Assembly (NCBI RefSeq): GCF_036588685.1
Contig: NC_086373.1
Coordinates: 101,990,001 to 102,054,000, forward strand
Source of the DNA: Mytilus trossulus
Lineage: Eukaryota
Length of the DNA: 64,000 nt
Direction: 5' to 3'
Part shown: in pieces, positions 25,901 through 38,670 of the stretch
Layout of the letters: every line of letters starts with the position of its first letter
How positions within the stretch are numbered: the first letter of the stretch is position 1
Notes under the pieces: generated by a model
Told to the model about the DNA's origin: nothing
Seen by the model: only the letters and a program-made list of their open reading frames with translations
The model's database searches: none
Program-made: the position numbers and the translations under genes

Positions 25901-28900
25901 ATGAAAAATAATATATCTGGACGGTTTGTATAGGTATATCTCTGTAAAACAAATGGATGAAATATAATATATCTGGACGATTTGTACAGGTATATCTCTG
26001 TATAACAAATGGAGGAAATATAACATATCTGGACGATTTGTACAGGTATATCTCTGTAAAAAAGATGAATGAAAAATAATATATCTGGACGGTTTGTATA
26101 GGTATATCTCTGTAAAACAAATGGATGAAATATAATATATCTGGACGGTTTGTATAGGTATATCTCTGTAAAACAGATGGATGAAATATAATATATCTGG
26201 ACGATTTGTACAGGTATATCTCTGTAAAACAGATGGATGAAATATAATATATCTGGACGGTTTGTATAGGTATATCTCTGTAAAACAAATGGATGAAATA
26301 TAACATGTCTGGACGGTTTGTACAGGTATATCTCTGTAAAACAGATGGATGAAATATAATAGATTTGGACGGTTTGTATAGGTATATATCTGTAAAACAG
26401 ATGGATGAAATATAATATATCTGGACGGTTTGTATAGGTATATCTCTGAAAAGCAAATGGAGGAAATATAATAGATCTGGACGGTTTGTACAAGTATATC
26501 TCTGTATAAAAAATGGAGGAAATATAATAGATCTGGACGATTTGTATAGGTATATCTCTGTAAAACAGATGGAGGAAATATAATATATCTGGACGATTTG
26601 TATAGGTATATCTCTGTAAAACAAATGGAGGAAATATAACATGTCTGGACGGTTTGTACAGGTATATCTCTGTAAAACAGATGGATGAAATATAATAGAT
26701 CTGGACGGTTTGTATAGGTATATATCTGTAAAACAGATGGATGAAATATAATATATCTGGACGGTTTGTATAGGTATATCTCTGAAAAGCAAATGGAGGA
26801 AATATAATATATCTGGACGATTTGTACAGGTATATCTCTGTAAAACAGATGGATGAAACATAATATATCTGGACCATTTGTACAGGTATATCTCTGTAAA
26901 ACAGATGAATGAAACATGATATATCTGGACGGTTTGTATAGGTATATCTCTGTAAACAAATGGATGAAATATAACATATCTGGACGGTTTGTATAGGTAT
27001 ATCTCTGTAAAACAGATGGATGAAATATAATATATCTGGACGGTTTGTATAGGTATATCTCTGTAAAACAAATGGAGGAAATATAACATGTCTGGACGGT
27101 TTGTATAGGTATATCTCTGTAAAACAAATGGAGGAAATATAACATGTCTGGACGGTTTGTACAGGTATATCTCTGTAAAACAAATGGAGGAAATATAATA
27201 GATCTGGACGATTTGCACAGGTATATCTCTGTAAAACAGATGGAGGAAATATAACATATCTGGACGGTTTGTACAAGTATATATCTGTAAAACAAATGGA
27301 TGAAATATAACATATCTGGACGGTTTGTATAGGTATATCTCTGAAAAACAAATGGAGGAAATATAATATATCTGGACGATTTGTACAGGTATATCTCTGT
27401 AAAACAAATGGAGGAAATATAATAGATCTGGACGATTTGTACAGGTATATCTCTGTAAAACAAATGGAGGAAATATAATAGATCTGGACGATTTGTATAG
27501 GTATATATCTGTAAAACAAATGGATGAAATATAACATATCTGGACGGTTTGTATAGGTATATCTCTGAAAAACAAATGGAGGAAATATAATATATCTGGA
27601 CGATTTGTACAGGTATATCTCTGTAAAACAAATGGAGGAAATATAATAGATTTGGACGATTTGTACAGGTATATCTCTGTAAAACAAATGGAGGAAATAT
27701 AATAGATCTGGACGATTTGTATAGGTATATATCTGTAAAACAAATGGATGAAATATAACATATCTGGACGGTTTGTATAGGTATATCTCTGAAAAACAAA
27801 TGGAGGAAATATAATATATCTGGACGATTTGTACAGGTATATCTCTGTAAAACAAATGGAGGAAATATAACATGTCTGGACGGTTTGTATAGGTATATCT
27901 CTGTAAAACAAATGGAGGAAATATAATAGATCTGGACGATTTGTATAGGTATATATCTGTAAAACAAATGGAGGAAATATAATAGATCTGGACGATTTGT
28001 ATAGGTATATATCTGTAAAACAAATGGAGGAAATATAATATATCTGGACGATTTGTATAGGTATATCTCTGTAAAACAAATGGATGAAATATAACATATC
28101 TGGACGGTTTGTATAGGTATATCTCTGTAAAACAAATGGAGGAAATATAATAGATCTGGACGGTTTGTATAGGTATATCTCTGTAAAACAAATGGAGGAA
28201 ATATAATAGATCTGGACGATTTGTATAGGTATATATCTGTAAAACAAATGGATGAAATATAACATATCTGGACGGTTTGTATAGGTATATCTCTGTAAAA
28301 CAAATGGAGGAAATATAATAGATCTGGACGGTTTGTATAGGTATATCTCTGTAAAACAAATGGAGGAAATATAATATATCTGGACGGTTTGTATAGGTAT
28401 ATATCTGTAAAACAAATGGAGGAAATATAATAGATCTGGACGATTTGTATAGGTATATCTCTGTAAAACAAATGGAGGAAATATAATAGATCTGGACGAT
28501 TTGTACAGGTATATCTCTGTAAAACAGATGGATGAAATATAATATATCTGGACGGTTTGTATAGGTATATATCTGTAAAACAGATGGATGAAATATAACA
28601 TATCTGGACGATTTGTACAGGTATATATCTGTAAAACAAATGGAGGAAATATAATATATCTGGACGATTTGTACAGGTATATCTCTGTAAAACAAATGGA
28701 GGAAATATAATATATCTGGACGATTTGTACAGGTATATCTCTGTAAAACAGATGGATGAAATATAATATATCTGGACGGTTTGTATAGGTATATATCTGT
28801 AAAACAAATGGAGGAAATATAATATATCTGGACGATTTGTACAGGTATATCTCTGTAAAACAAATGGATGAAATATAACATATCTGGACGGTTTGTATAG

Positions 28901-31595
28901 GTATATCTCTGTAAAACAGATGGATGAAATATAATATATCTGGACGGTTTGTATAGGTATATATCTGTAAAACAAATGGAGGAAATATAATATATCTGGA
29001 CGATTTGTACAGGTATATCTCTGTATAACAAATGGAGGAAATATAATAGATCTGGACGATTTGTATAGGTATATCTCTGTAAAACAAATGGAGGAAATAT
29101 AACATATCTGGACGATTTGTACAGGTATATCTCTGGATAACAAATGGATGAAATATAAAATATCTGGACGGTTTGTACAGGTATATCTCTGTAAAACAAA
29201 TGGATGAAATATAACATATCTGGACGATTTGTACAGGTATTTCTCTGTATAACACATGGAGGAAGTATAATATATCTGGACGGTTTGTACAGGTATATCT
29301 CTGTAAAACAGATGGATGAAACATTTCATATCTGGACGATTTGTACAGGTATATATCTGTATAAAACCAGATGGATGAAATATAACATATCTGGACGATT
29401 TGTACAGGTATATCTCTGTAAAAAAAATGTATGAAATATAACATATCTGGACGATTTGTACAAGTATATCTCTGTATAAAAAATGGAGGAAATATAATAT
29501 ATCTGGACGGTTTGTATAGGTATATCTCTGTAAAACAGATGAATGAAAAATAATATATCTGGACGGTTTGTATAGGTATATCTCTGTAAAACAAATGGAT
29601 GAAATATAATATATCTGGACGATTTGTACAGGTATATCTCTGTATAACAAATGGAGGAAATATAACATATCTGGACGATTTGTACAGGTATATCTCTGTA
29701 AAAAAGATGAATGAAAAATAATATATCTGGACGGTTTGTATAGGTATATCTCTGTAAAACAAATGGATGAAATATAATATATCTGGACGGTTTGTATAGG
29801 TATATCTCTGTAAAACAGATGGATGAAATATAATATATCTGGACGATTTGTACAGGTATATCTCTGTAAAACAGATGGATGAAATATAATATATCTGGAC
29901 GGTTTGTATAGGTATATCTCTGTAAAACAAATGGATGAAATATAACATGTCTGGACGGTTTGTACAGGTATATCTCTGTAAAACAGATGGATGAAATATA
30001 ATAGATCTGGACGGTTTGTATAGGTATATATCTGTAAAACAGATGGATGAAATATAATATATCTGGACGGTTTGTATAGGTATATCTCTGAAAAGCAAAT
30101 GGAGGAAATATAATAGATCTGGACGGTTTGTACAAGTATATCTCTGTATAACAAATGGAGGAAATATAATAGATCTGGACGATTTGTATAGGTATATCTC
30201 TGTAAAACAAATGGAGGAAATATAACATATCTGGACGATTTGTACAGGTATATCTCTGGATAACAAATGGATGAAATATAAAATATCTGGACGGTTTGTA
30301 CAGGTATATCTCTGTAAAACAAATGGATGAAATATAACATATCTGGACGATTTGTACAGGTATTTCTCTGTATAACACATGGAGGAAGTATAATATATCT
30401 GGACGGTTTGTATAGGTATATCTCTGTAAAACAAATGGATGAAATATAATATATCTGGACGATTTGTACAGGTATATCTCTGTATAACAAATGGAGGAAA
30501 TATAACATATCTGGACGATTTGTACAGGTATATCTCTGTAAAAAAGATGAATGAAAAATAATATATCTGGACGGTTTGTATAGGTATATCTCTGTAAAAC
30601 AAATGGATGAAATATAATATATCTGGACGGTTTGTATAGGTATATCTCTGTAAAACAGATGGATGAAATATAATATATCTGGACGATTTGTACAGGTATA
30701 TCTCTGTAAAACAGATGGATGAAATATAATATATCTGGACGGTTTGTATAGGTATATCTCTGTAAAACAAATGGATGAAATATAACATGTCTGGACGGTT
30801 TGTACAGGTATATCTCTGTAAAACAGATGGATGAAATATAATATATCTGGACGATTTGTACAGGTATATCTCTGTAAAACAGATGGAGGAAATATAATAT
30901 ATCTGGACGATTTGTATAGGTATATCTCTGTAAAACAGATGGATGAAATATAATAGATCTGGACGGTTTGTACAGGTATATCTCTGTAAAACAGATGGAT
31001 GAAATATAATAGATCTGGACGGTTTGTATAGGTATATCTCTGTATAACAAATGGATGAAATATAACATATCTGGACGATTTGTATAGGTATATCTCTGTA
31101 AATCAAATGGAGGAAATATAATAGATCTGGACGATTTGTACAAGTATATCTCTGTATAAAAAATGGGGGAAATATAATAGATCTGGACGGTTTGTATAGG
31201 TATATCTCTGTAAAACAGATGGAGGAAATATAATATATCTGGACGATTTGTATAGGTATATCTCTGTAAAACAAATGGAGGAAATATAATAGATCTGGAC
31301 GATTTGTACAAGTATATCTCTGTATAAAAAATGGAGGAAATATAATAGATCTGGACGATTTGTATAGGTATATCTCTGTATAACAGATGGATGAAAAATA
31401 ATATATCTGGACGATTTGTACAGGTATATCTCTGTAAAACAGATGGATGAAAAAAAATATATCTGGACGATTTGTACAAGATATACATGTATCTCAGATG
31501 GAGGAAATATATTGACTGTTTGTACCGGTCTATCACTGTAAAACAGATCATTTAATTGACTGTTTGTACAGGTATATCTATGTAAAACAGATCAA
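19918..31595. repeat. 56-bp minisatellite array, about 208 copies, 11.7 kb, intronic in paralog A
   Basis: Consensus ctggacg(a/g)tttgta(c/t)aggtatatctctgtaaaaca(a/g)atgga(t/g)gaaatataa(t/c)atat. Units degenerate at the right edge (about 31480-31595). Confidence 0.98.
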
Positions 31596-34500
31596 TTACT
31601 GCGAGATGTTTATTTCCAAGTTTTCAGCGGTTGGCAAAATTATTACAATTGACATACTTGGGTAGGATTGCAACGGATGATTCTGAAAACAAATGTAGGC
31701 ATGTTATACTCCATTGTAAAGATAAATTAATTTACATTTACGATATAACAAGTTTTAGTGACGATGACAGCCTAGAAAGCGGCATATACCATAAGTTCGT
31801 CACCGCCTGACATTTTTCTGAAATGCAAGTGACATTGTAAGTACCTTGTGTTATATCAAGGTATATAGGAATTTATTCTGAGACAAGTGCCTGTGCCTCC
31901 CTCCCTGAAAAAAGATAATACATATAAACTTAATCATTGATTGATTATTTTGCGGGGACATCTTTGTATCTACTATTCTATTTTATACAATGAGAATTAT
32001 CATTCAAAGGATAGAGCATTTTAATCTATTCTCTTGTTTCAACTAATATTTTGATTTTTTTAAGATCGAAAAAATCAAATGTAATATACACCTCAACCTG
32101 CAATGATCAATCAACCTCTTGACTTTAAGTACCTTCTTTGGTATCCTACTATCGTTTTTATGTAGTATTGTAACTCGACAGCACAGTCCGGGTCGTCGTG
32201 ATTCAGAGATGTTATACATAGCGTAGAATTATGCTTGAACTGGAAGGTATCACAAGCGCTGGATAAGCTTCCGCCTTCATACAAAACATAAATCTCGTCT
32301 TCGGGATTCACCGTTGTTACTTCCGAACAATTTTGGCCAAGGGTGTCTGTAACATAATATTTGAGTGATAAAACCTTTAAAGCATTCTTTAACAAAATAA
32401 TCGACATTTAAAAGTATGATATAAAAATTAAAAGATGTGGTATGATCGCCAATAATCTAATTATCCACCATCGACAAAATTCGAAGATGTTAAAAACTAT
32501 AATAGTTCACCATACGGTCAACAGCAAGCAAACTTATACCGTATAGTTAGCTAAACAAGGCACGGGAATGACAAAGTGTGAAATAATTTACTCGAGAAAA
32601 CAATAAAAAAAAATAACTAAATACAATAAACAAAATAGGAGAGGCACAAACAGAACGTGGCGGGTTAAAACATGTTATCCAGCGCTAAAAAATAAAGGTT
32701 TCGACATGGTTCGCATTGTTATGAGTTAACAGAGGGTAAGCATTCGAGTTCGCTTGTAGTTAAAGTGAACCCTTTTTGTTTTCCACTTATCGAGATCAAA
32801 AGGACGACATATTATGTTCAAATGTCAGGAACCTCGCCAATGGGTAATAGAACTGAGAAGATGTGGTATGAGTGACAATAGACCACACTCAATCCTAGTC
32901 ACAATGTGTAAAAGTAAACAATTATAGGCCAAAGTGCGACCTTTAACATAGAGCATTGGCTCAAACCGAACAGCAAGCTGTTAAACCGTAAATAAAAATA
33001 TACATGTACTAAATTGAGCAATTGCTGTTTTTTTATGAAAATAGGTATACATTTAGAACTTGTTGAGCAATATCTTGATAGGGAATTATCTTTGAAAGAA
33101 GATATTCAACTGATTACAATTGAAAACGAAACCCTGCCAATCTTTGTTCCAGGGAAGCTAGATCAATGCAATTTTAGATAATTGAAATCTAATAATGATA
33201 TTTCAAATGAGGATGAAGATGCCAGTATAAAATTGAATTAAGTATTGGGGAAACATATGTAACATCTTCTTTTAATATTACACGAGTTGCGACTTCCTCT
33301 GATGGATATGTATGGATACTAAGTATTATATGTACATTTTCTACATAAGGTAATGCCAAGTAAGGAATATGACAATTGTTTTTCATTCGTTTGATGTGTT
33401 TGATCTTTTGATTTGGCCATTTGATAAGGGACTTTCAAATTTAAATTTTCAGTATTTTTGTTATTTTACTTATAATGTACATAAAAATGCCACAAGTTGG
33501 TATGGTATCGAAAAAGTGATATAAGGGTTTCTGATCAATTAATTAAAGACATGTAAACCATCAAAGTATTGATTCACATCGGTTATATGTACATCTTTGT
33601 TAGAACTTACAAACTGTCTGCTCTGAAGCTTGGTGGAGTGGTATAATGCTGATTATCCATATGACAAGAGTCTTCATTTCTGCAGTAAAAAGCAGCAATG
33701 TATATGGTATATGAGATTGGCGTGTTAGATTTATGAAAAAAATAGTTTTCTTGTGCGTCAAAATAAAAATCTGTTTAATTAAATATTATCCGCTTCATTT
33801 ATTAGTTGATTGGCTGATTGCAAACGGAAGTGGTATGTATGGATTATCGGGTTTTCTACACATTGATATCGTAAAATATCAGCCGCCAGCCACACTCTGA
33901 ACCTATTAAAAAAAAGCTTCACAATGTGTCGAGCGGCTGAACTCTATATATACAAAGAAAATCCGATTATCAGTTAATCGTTATATTGCTGGTCATATTA
34001 TCCTCACTAAGACAGTTTAACGTCTGACGTTAATTTATAAAATAATATTCTCAAAATTGCCCTAAAAAATAAATAACATTTATTGTAGGACTATGAAGTT
34101 GCTCTTTTCTCGTTGACTAAAACTAGCGAAATGAACATTTAATTTGTTGAGACTATCCCACGTGACGTCTAAAACAACTTCATATTCCCCTCTGAGTAGA
34201 AAATTCCCGTCTGAACTTCCATGCGAGACGCTACGCGCGGTAAATTGTTTTTCAGAAATAGTACAGTAATTTCGTTTTTAAAATTATTTCAGATCTAAAA
34301 TCAAAACAAACAGAATGATGATACAATTAGGATAGGTACTGATTTTCATTGTAAATGTGTTTAGTTATTCAAAACTAGGGGATACGAAAAGAAAGTTTTC
34401 GCAGTTACCTATTTTTTAGGGACCAGGGATTAACCAACGGGCCAGTTAGTTCATTATGTATTTGATTATCTATGTCTTCATTTTTTTTTACAGATAAAAA

Positions 34501-35029
34501 ATTGATTGTTCCCCATGTGGCAGATCAAAACGACTAATCTGATCTTTGACATTCATTATCGGTATTGACAATAGGCCTTTTAAAAATGCATAGAGGTCAA
34601 AGTTCAAGTCCGATGAACTGTTTACCTGGAGGTGAATACAATGGTACTCAGCCCTAGTGTTGTGAGTAGATGTCGTGTTGTGATTTATTTTACAGATATA
34701 CATGTATTAAGAGATAACTTTGAACAAGATGCAAAAGCAATTTTCGTTACATATAGCTAGAAGAAAATGTACGTTCATTTACGGTCTAATCATGAATTAT
34801 ATTCCACATACACACAATTGTTCAAAGAAAAAACTCCTATGGAAATGTAATAATTCTAAAAATCTCAAGAGCGAATATAAAACACTTCCATCACAAGGGG
34901 CTATAACTCCGCGCCTTTTGTTTAATATATTATATTCATGAAAATGATAAATCATGAGGGGTTACTTTAAGATTTTTAGCAGCTTTTATAGCTCATAAAT
35001 GATTATTCACCAAAATTTAAGCAAATTCT

Positions 35030-37120
35030 AGATCAGCAGAAGGGTATTGACCAGACATGTTACAACGAGATTTGAATTGTTCTGGACTATAGGTTTCCTT
35101 GGAAGAGAATGCAGATTGAAACTGCTTATTCAGGATTGTTGCTTGGTCCACAGGATGTGAGTGAAGTACTCCATCACTACGTAGTGGTGCCACACCGCTG
35201 ATATCAGTCTTCATAACAGCCTTGATATAAGTCCAGAAACGTTTCATATTGCTGTGTGGTTGGGTTTCTTCTTTAGGTGTTACTATATTTTCGATGTACT
35301 TCCAATATGCACGACGTAGTTCTTTCTGTACTTTTTGCCTGGCTTCTTTGAATTTTGATGTAATTTTAGGATCCGTCAACTTTATCTTTATTTTGTATAG
35401 TCTGTCACGGCGACGTATTAATTTACGTACATAGCCAAGGTAAGCTATCTTTCTGTTTTGCTAACTTGTGCGGGATATGGTTTGTTACACTTTGGTTGAG
35501 CTTGGTTTTGAACAATAACCAGAGTTCCTCTGCTGAGCTTCCATTTGAAGCTTGGTTTCTGATTTATTCATGGGTTAGGATTATTTTCTCTTTGATGGTT
35601 TCCCAGTTTGCCTTTCTGTATGAGGGGATGTTCCGAGGTTTTTGTTTCCTAGATAATGGCGTGGTGTCTATTTCGCTGAAGACAATGTCGTGGTCTGAAA
35701 CCCCAGGTATCACTTTGGTGCGTGTGAAGCGTGTTGGATTGTTTGAAATCACTAGGCCTCTTGGTGGTTCCTCCACTAGTTGAACAAGTCCATTGTCGTC
35801 AAGAATGTCGCCAAACTTGTAGTGGTTTTTCTGACATGTTGATTCTGGTTTCAAGGTTCTTGTTTTCCAGTTCCAGCCTGGGAGATTGAAGTCGCCACCA
35901 ACAATTATGTAGGCATTCTTTGTAGCATTAACTTTTTCAAGAAATATCCCAAGTTCTTCGAGGCTTTCTTCATTGGAAGTTTTAGGGTTATAGTAGGATG
36001 CAAGATATAGGTCTTTACTGCCAGCTAGGTTGATTTTAGCCAAAACAATCTCGCAATTTGTTTGTAACTCGGGTACAGGTGTGCTTAGATGGTCATGAAT
36101 TATTGCTATTAGCACCCATTCTCCTTTCATATTGCGGTCATTTCTGTAGATGGTATAATTTGGTTGAAAAATCTGGTTATCTTTTACAGAAGAGTCTATC
36201 CAGGTTTCTGTTCCTAGGACAAGATCTGGTTTAGCGCTTTCGACCAAGTTCTAAACTAATCCTTGTTTTGATTTGATCGACTGAAAATTTACTGTAAGCA
36301 TCTTGAAAGGTACGCTTTTTTTTACTTTTATCCTGCGTCTTTCTGTCTGGTGTTGATGCGTGGATAGGTTTGATACAGTCAGATGGAAGTGGACTCTGAA
36401 GAGATGTATCAGATAGCATACTGAATGAGTTTGAGGTGGATAATACTATATCAAAGCATACTGAGCTGTAATTAGGGCAGTCACAGATAAGGCAGTCCCA
36501 AGCTATTGCACTGTATAAGATGTCGAGAGCTGACTGATTGACATGTGATATATGGTACCACTGGTTACAAGTATCACAAATGATACCTTTGTCTTCCCAT
36601 GTAACAGGTTCGTCACAGGTTCCGAATAGGAATACTGTTGAGTCTGGACCTGGATTTAGGTTTATATCGTTTGCTATGGTTATTAGTAGCAAGGATAGAT
36701 ATGCAATATGATATGTTTGTTTACCATGTTTTTATGTGAGGATCCATTTTTATTTTTAAGATTTATTTGTAATCTGAAGTTTGCCAGGATAATCTGATGG
36801 TCTGGTATATTATTTCTGTTTACAATGGTAAATTGAGGATGTTCATGATGGTCTACAGTATTTGTGATTTTAAGGAGTTGTCCGGATGACACCAGAGACA
36901 AGAATATGATGAGGCATAACATGATAAGCTGTAGCTGTAGAAGAGTGTGGTGATAAGATGAACTCACCTACGCACACACCTTCTCGGTACTGCTTGTTCG
37001 CTGTCAGTTTGTATTTGCCGATATCTTTGTCTTTGTTTACATTGGTGACTCCAGTAGAATTCAATTATCTGCTCTATTTAGGAGATTTGTGGCTGAATGA
37101 TTACCAATACGATATTATTG
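35030..37120 (-). mobile_element. Degenerate non-LTR retrotransposon 5' part: 2A-like motif, PHD finger, APE endonuclease; truncated before RT
   Basis: DINLNPGP; CDEPVTWEDKGIICDTCNQWYH...WDCLIC; [35 protein letters not shown]; then KRFWTYIK...ATILNKQFQSAFS. Multiple frameshifts. Confidence 0.88.
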
Positions 37121-38437
37121 AACGATCTTACCCTCCCGAGGAAGAAATAAGGGCAGTTTAAGTGAGAATAGGGAAAATTTTAGCAGGGATCAAAAGGATA
37201 AGACTTCATTCTTCGCACATGCGCACCATGTCATTTTGTGTGTCGCTTCTCTTCCTTCCAGAATAAATTAATCATCATGCCTCTGTGTTCTTTAGGTAAC
37301 AGCATAGTCGCATTTGTCATCCATTCTTATGATTATTCAGATTGGGTTATATTCCGCTAAGGTACTTAGCAGATAGATAACCATACAGTTAACTAAAACA
37401 CCATTGCTCATATCAAAGTGTATTCCTAATTCTGGCATGAATGTATATAGACAACTGTGTATGCAGGTAAAAAGCTGCAACAAGAATGAAAATACCATAT
37501 AATATTTGGAAAGGCTATTATATTGAACCAAAAATACAACAATAAAAGTGTAATTTTCTTGCTTAAAATTGAAATAGTTCAGCAAGTATAGTAGATACAA
37601 AATACAGCATTTAACAACTTCATTATCAAATTAAATAAATGAATATGCTATGTAATATTCAAACTAGACAAATGCTTTAAGAGAAACACTAGAAATATAG
37701 CTCAGATAGGGTTCCTTACTCAAAATATCATAGGAAAAATGAATGTAAATACTTTGCTCTAGAACTTCATAATTAACTTATTTGCATCAAAAATAAATAT
37801 GCACATACAAAATATAAACTTTAGTAATAAATATTTAACTTACATAGTGGTTTGCTATAAACGGATGATAAAGCTACAGCTTGATAAAGTTTAACATTGG
37901 TCCAATGTGGTTCACAATTTAAAACAGGAAACAGGAAACAGGATATCAACAAAAGTAAAAGAGAAAGTGAAAGTGAAAGTGAAAGTAACTTTAAAGTGAA
38001 AGTATAAGTACAATCGCATCAAGGTTAATTGAAAGTAAACAACTACTGATAATAAATATAATATACAAACAGAACAGGTTATTTTGGGAGAAAAACGACA
38101 AAATAGGTGTCCGGATATTGTTTCCGTCATCGGACTGACTTTTAGTCATATAAGACTTCCGGTTTGAAACAACCAATCGTATGATAGATTAAAAAAATGC
38201 AAAATAAATATGCCAATCAGAGCGTTCTCCATATCATGGTTTTTAGATCGCAAGAACCACAACTATTATACCTTCTTAGAGAGAATTATTTTTCGCGTTA
38301 ATCCACATGTAAACTAAGATTATACTCCTATTATATATAGAGACTCTCTGTATTCTCTCTACTGTTTTCTGAAATATTTACTATCTAAGGGGTGATACCA
38401 GTTGCATATTTATTGAAATAAGTAAAACATGTGGAAA

Positions 38438-38670
38438 CAAGAATGTGTTCATTGTATTCGGATCGTGAAATGGGATAAAATCCTCACTTTGGCATTAAAA
38501 TTAGAAAGATCATACCATAGGGAACATATTTACCAAGTTTCGAGTTGGTTGAACTTCAACTTTATCAAATACTACCTCTACAAAAACTCAAGTTAACCTG
38601 TAACGGGACAAACAGATGGACGACCGAACGAACGGATGCACAGACTAGAAAACATAATAGACATCATAAT
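38438..38670 (-). repeat. Short copy of the Helentron/DINE-like family
   Basis: acaagaatgtg...aaaattagaaagatcata...cgaacgaacgga...aaaacataat, as in 17213-17681. Confidence 0.6.

Larger units (their letters stand above)
16408..33677 (-). pseudogene. Paralog A of a single-pass type I membrane protein family. Exons 33677-33611, 32346-32133, 19945-19804, 19109-18969, 16580-16408. Premature stop.
   Basis: Signal peptide MKTLVIWIISIIPLHQASEQTV. Exon 2 YTLGQNCS...LCITSLNHDDPDCAVELQY aligns with paralog B YTFGQDCS...ICITPEVYEDPDCAVELSY. Exon 3 RYTCTYRPDEDDYC...MFLK*TSLSYNRQNVTIKLRI aligns with TYTCFDKPTTKYC...QNVQVKLTV. TM exon: WYIFVILASVFILAVIIIVVLC. Tail exon ends AFTYNNPVS*. TAG at 19873-19871. 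The exon 2 donor is phase 2, versus phase 0 in B. Confidence 0.8.

Noticed and set aside
19871-31551. Giant minus-strand ORFs (up to 2577 aa) in all three frames
   Set aside because: They arise because the 56-bp unit lacks stop triplets on that strand. All three frames give the same cycling peptide and indels are tolerated, so there is no sign of a stand-alone protein gene.
19918-31595. CRISPR-like regular array
   Set aside because: No unique spacers, units are contiguous tandem copies, the context is eukaryotic and there are no cas genes.
31600-31905. Acceptor/donor-flanked segments between exon 2 and the satellite as extra exons of paralog A
   Set aside because: The 31905 segment has stops in all three frames, and neither segment has a counterpart in paralog B.
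33800-33835. CCAAT/ETS-like motifs here and at 38155-38225 as promoters
   Set aside because: Short motifs with no transcript evidence, so they cannot be assigned to a gene.
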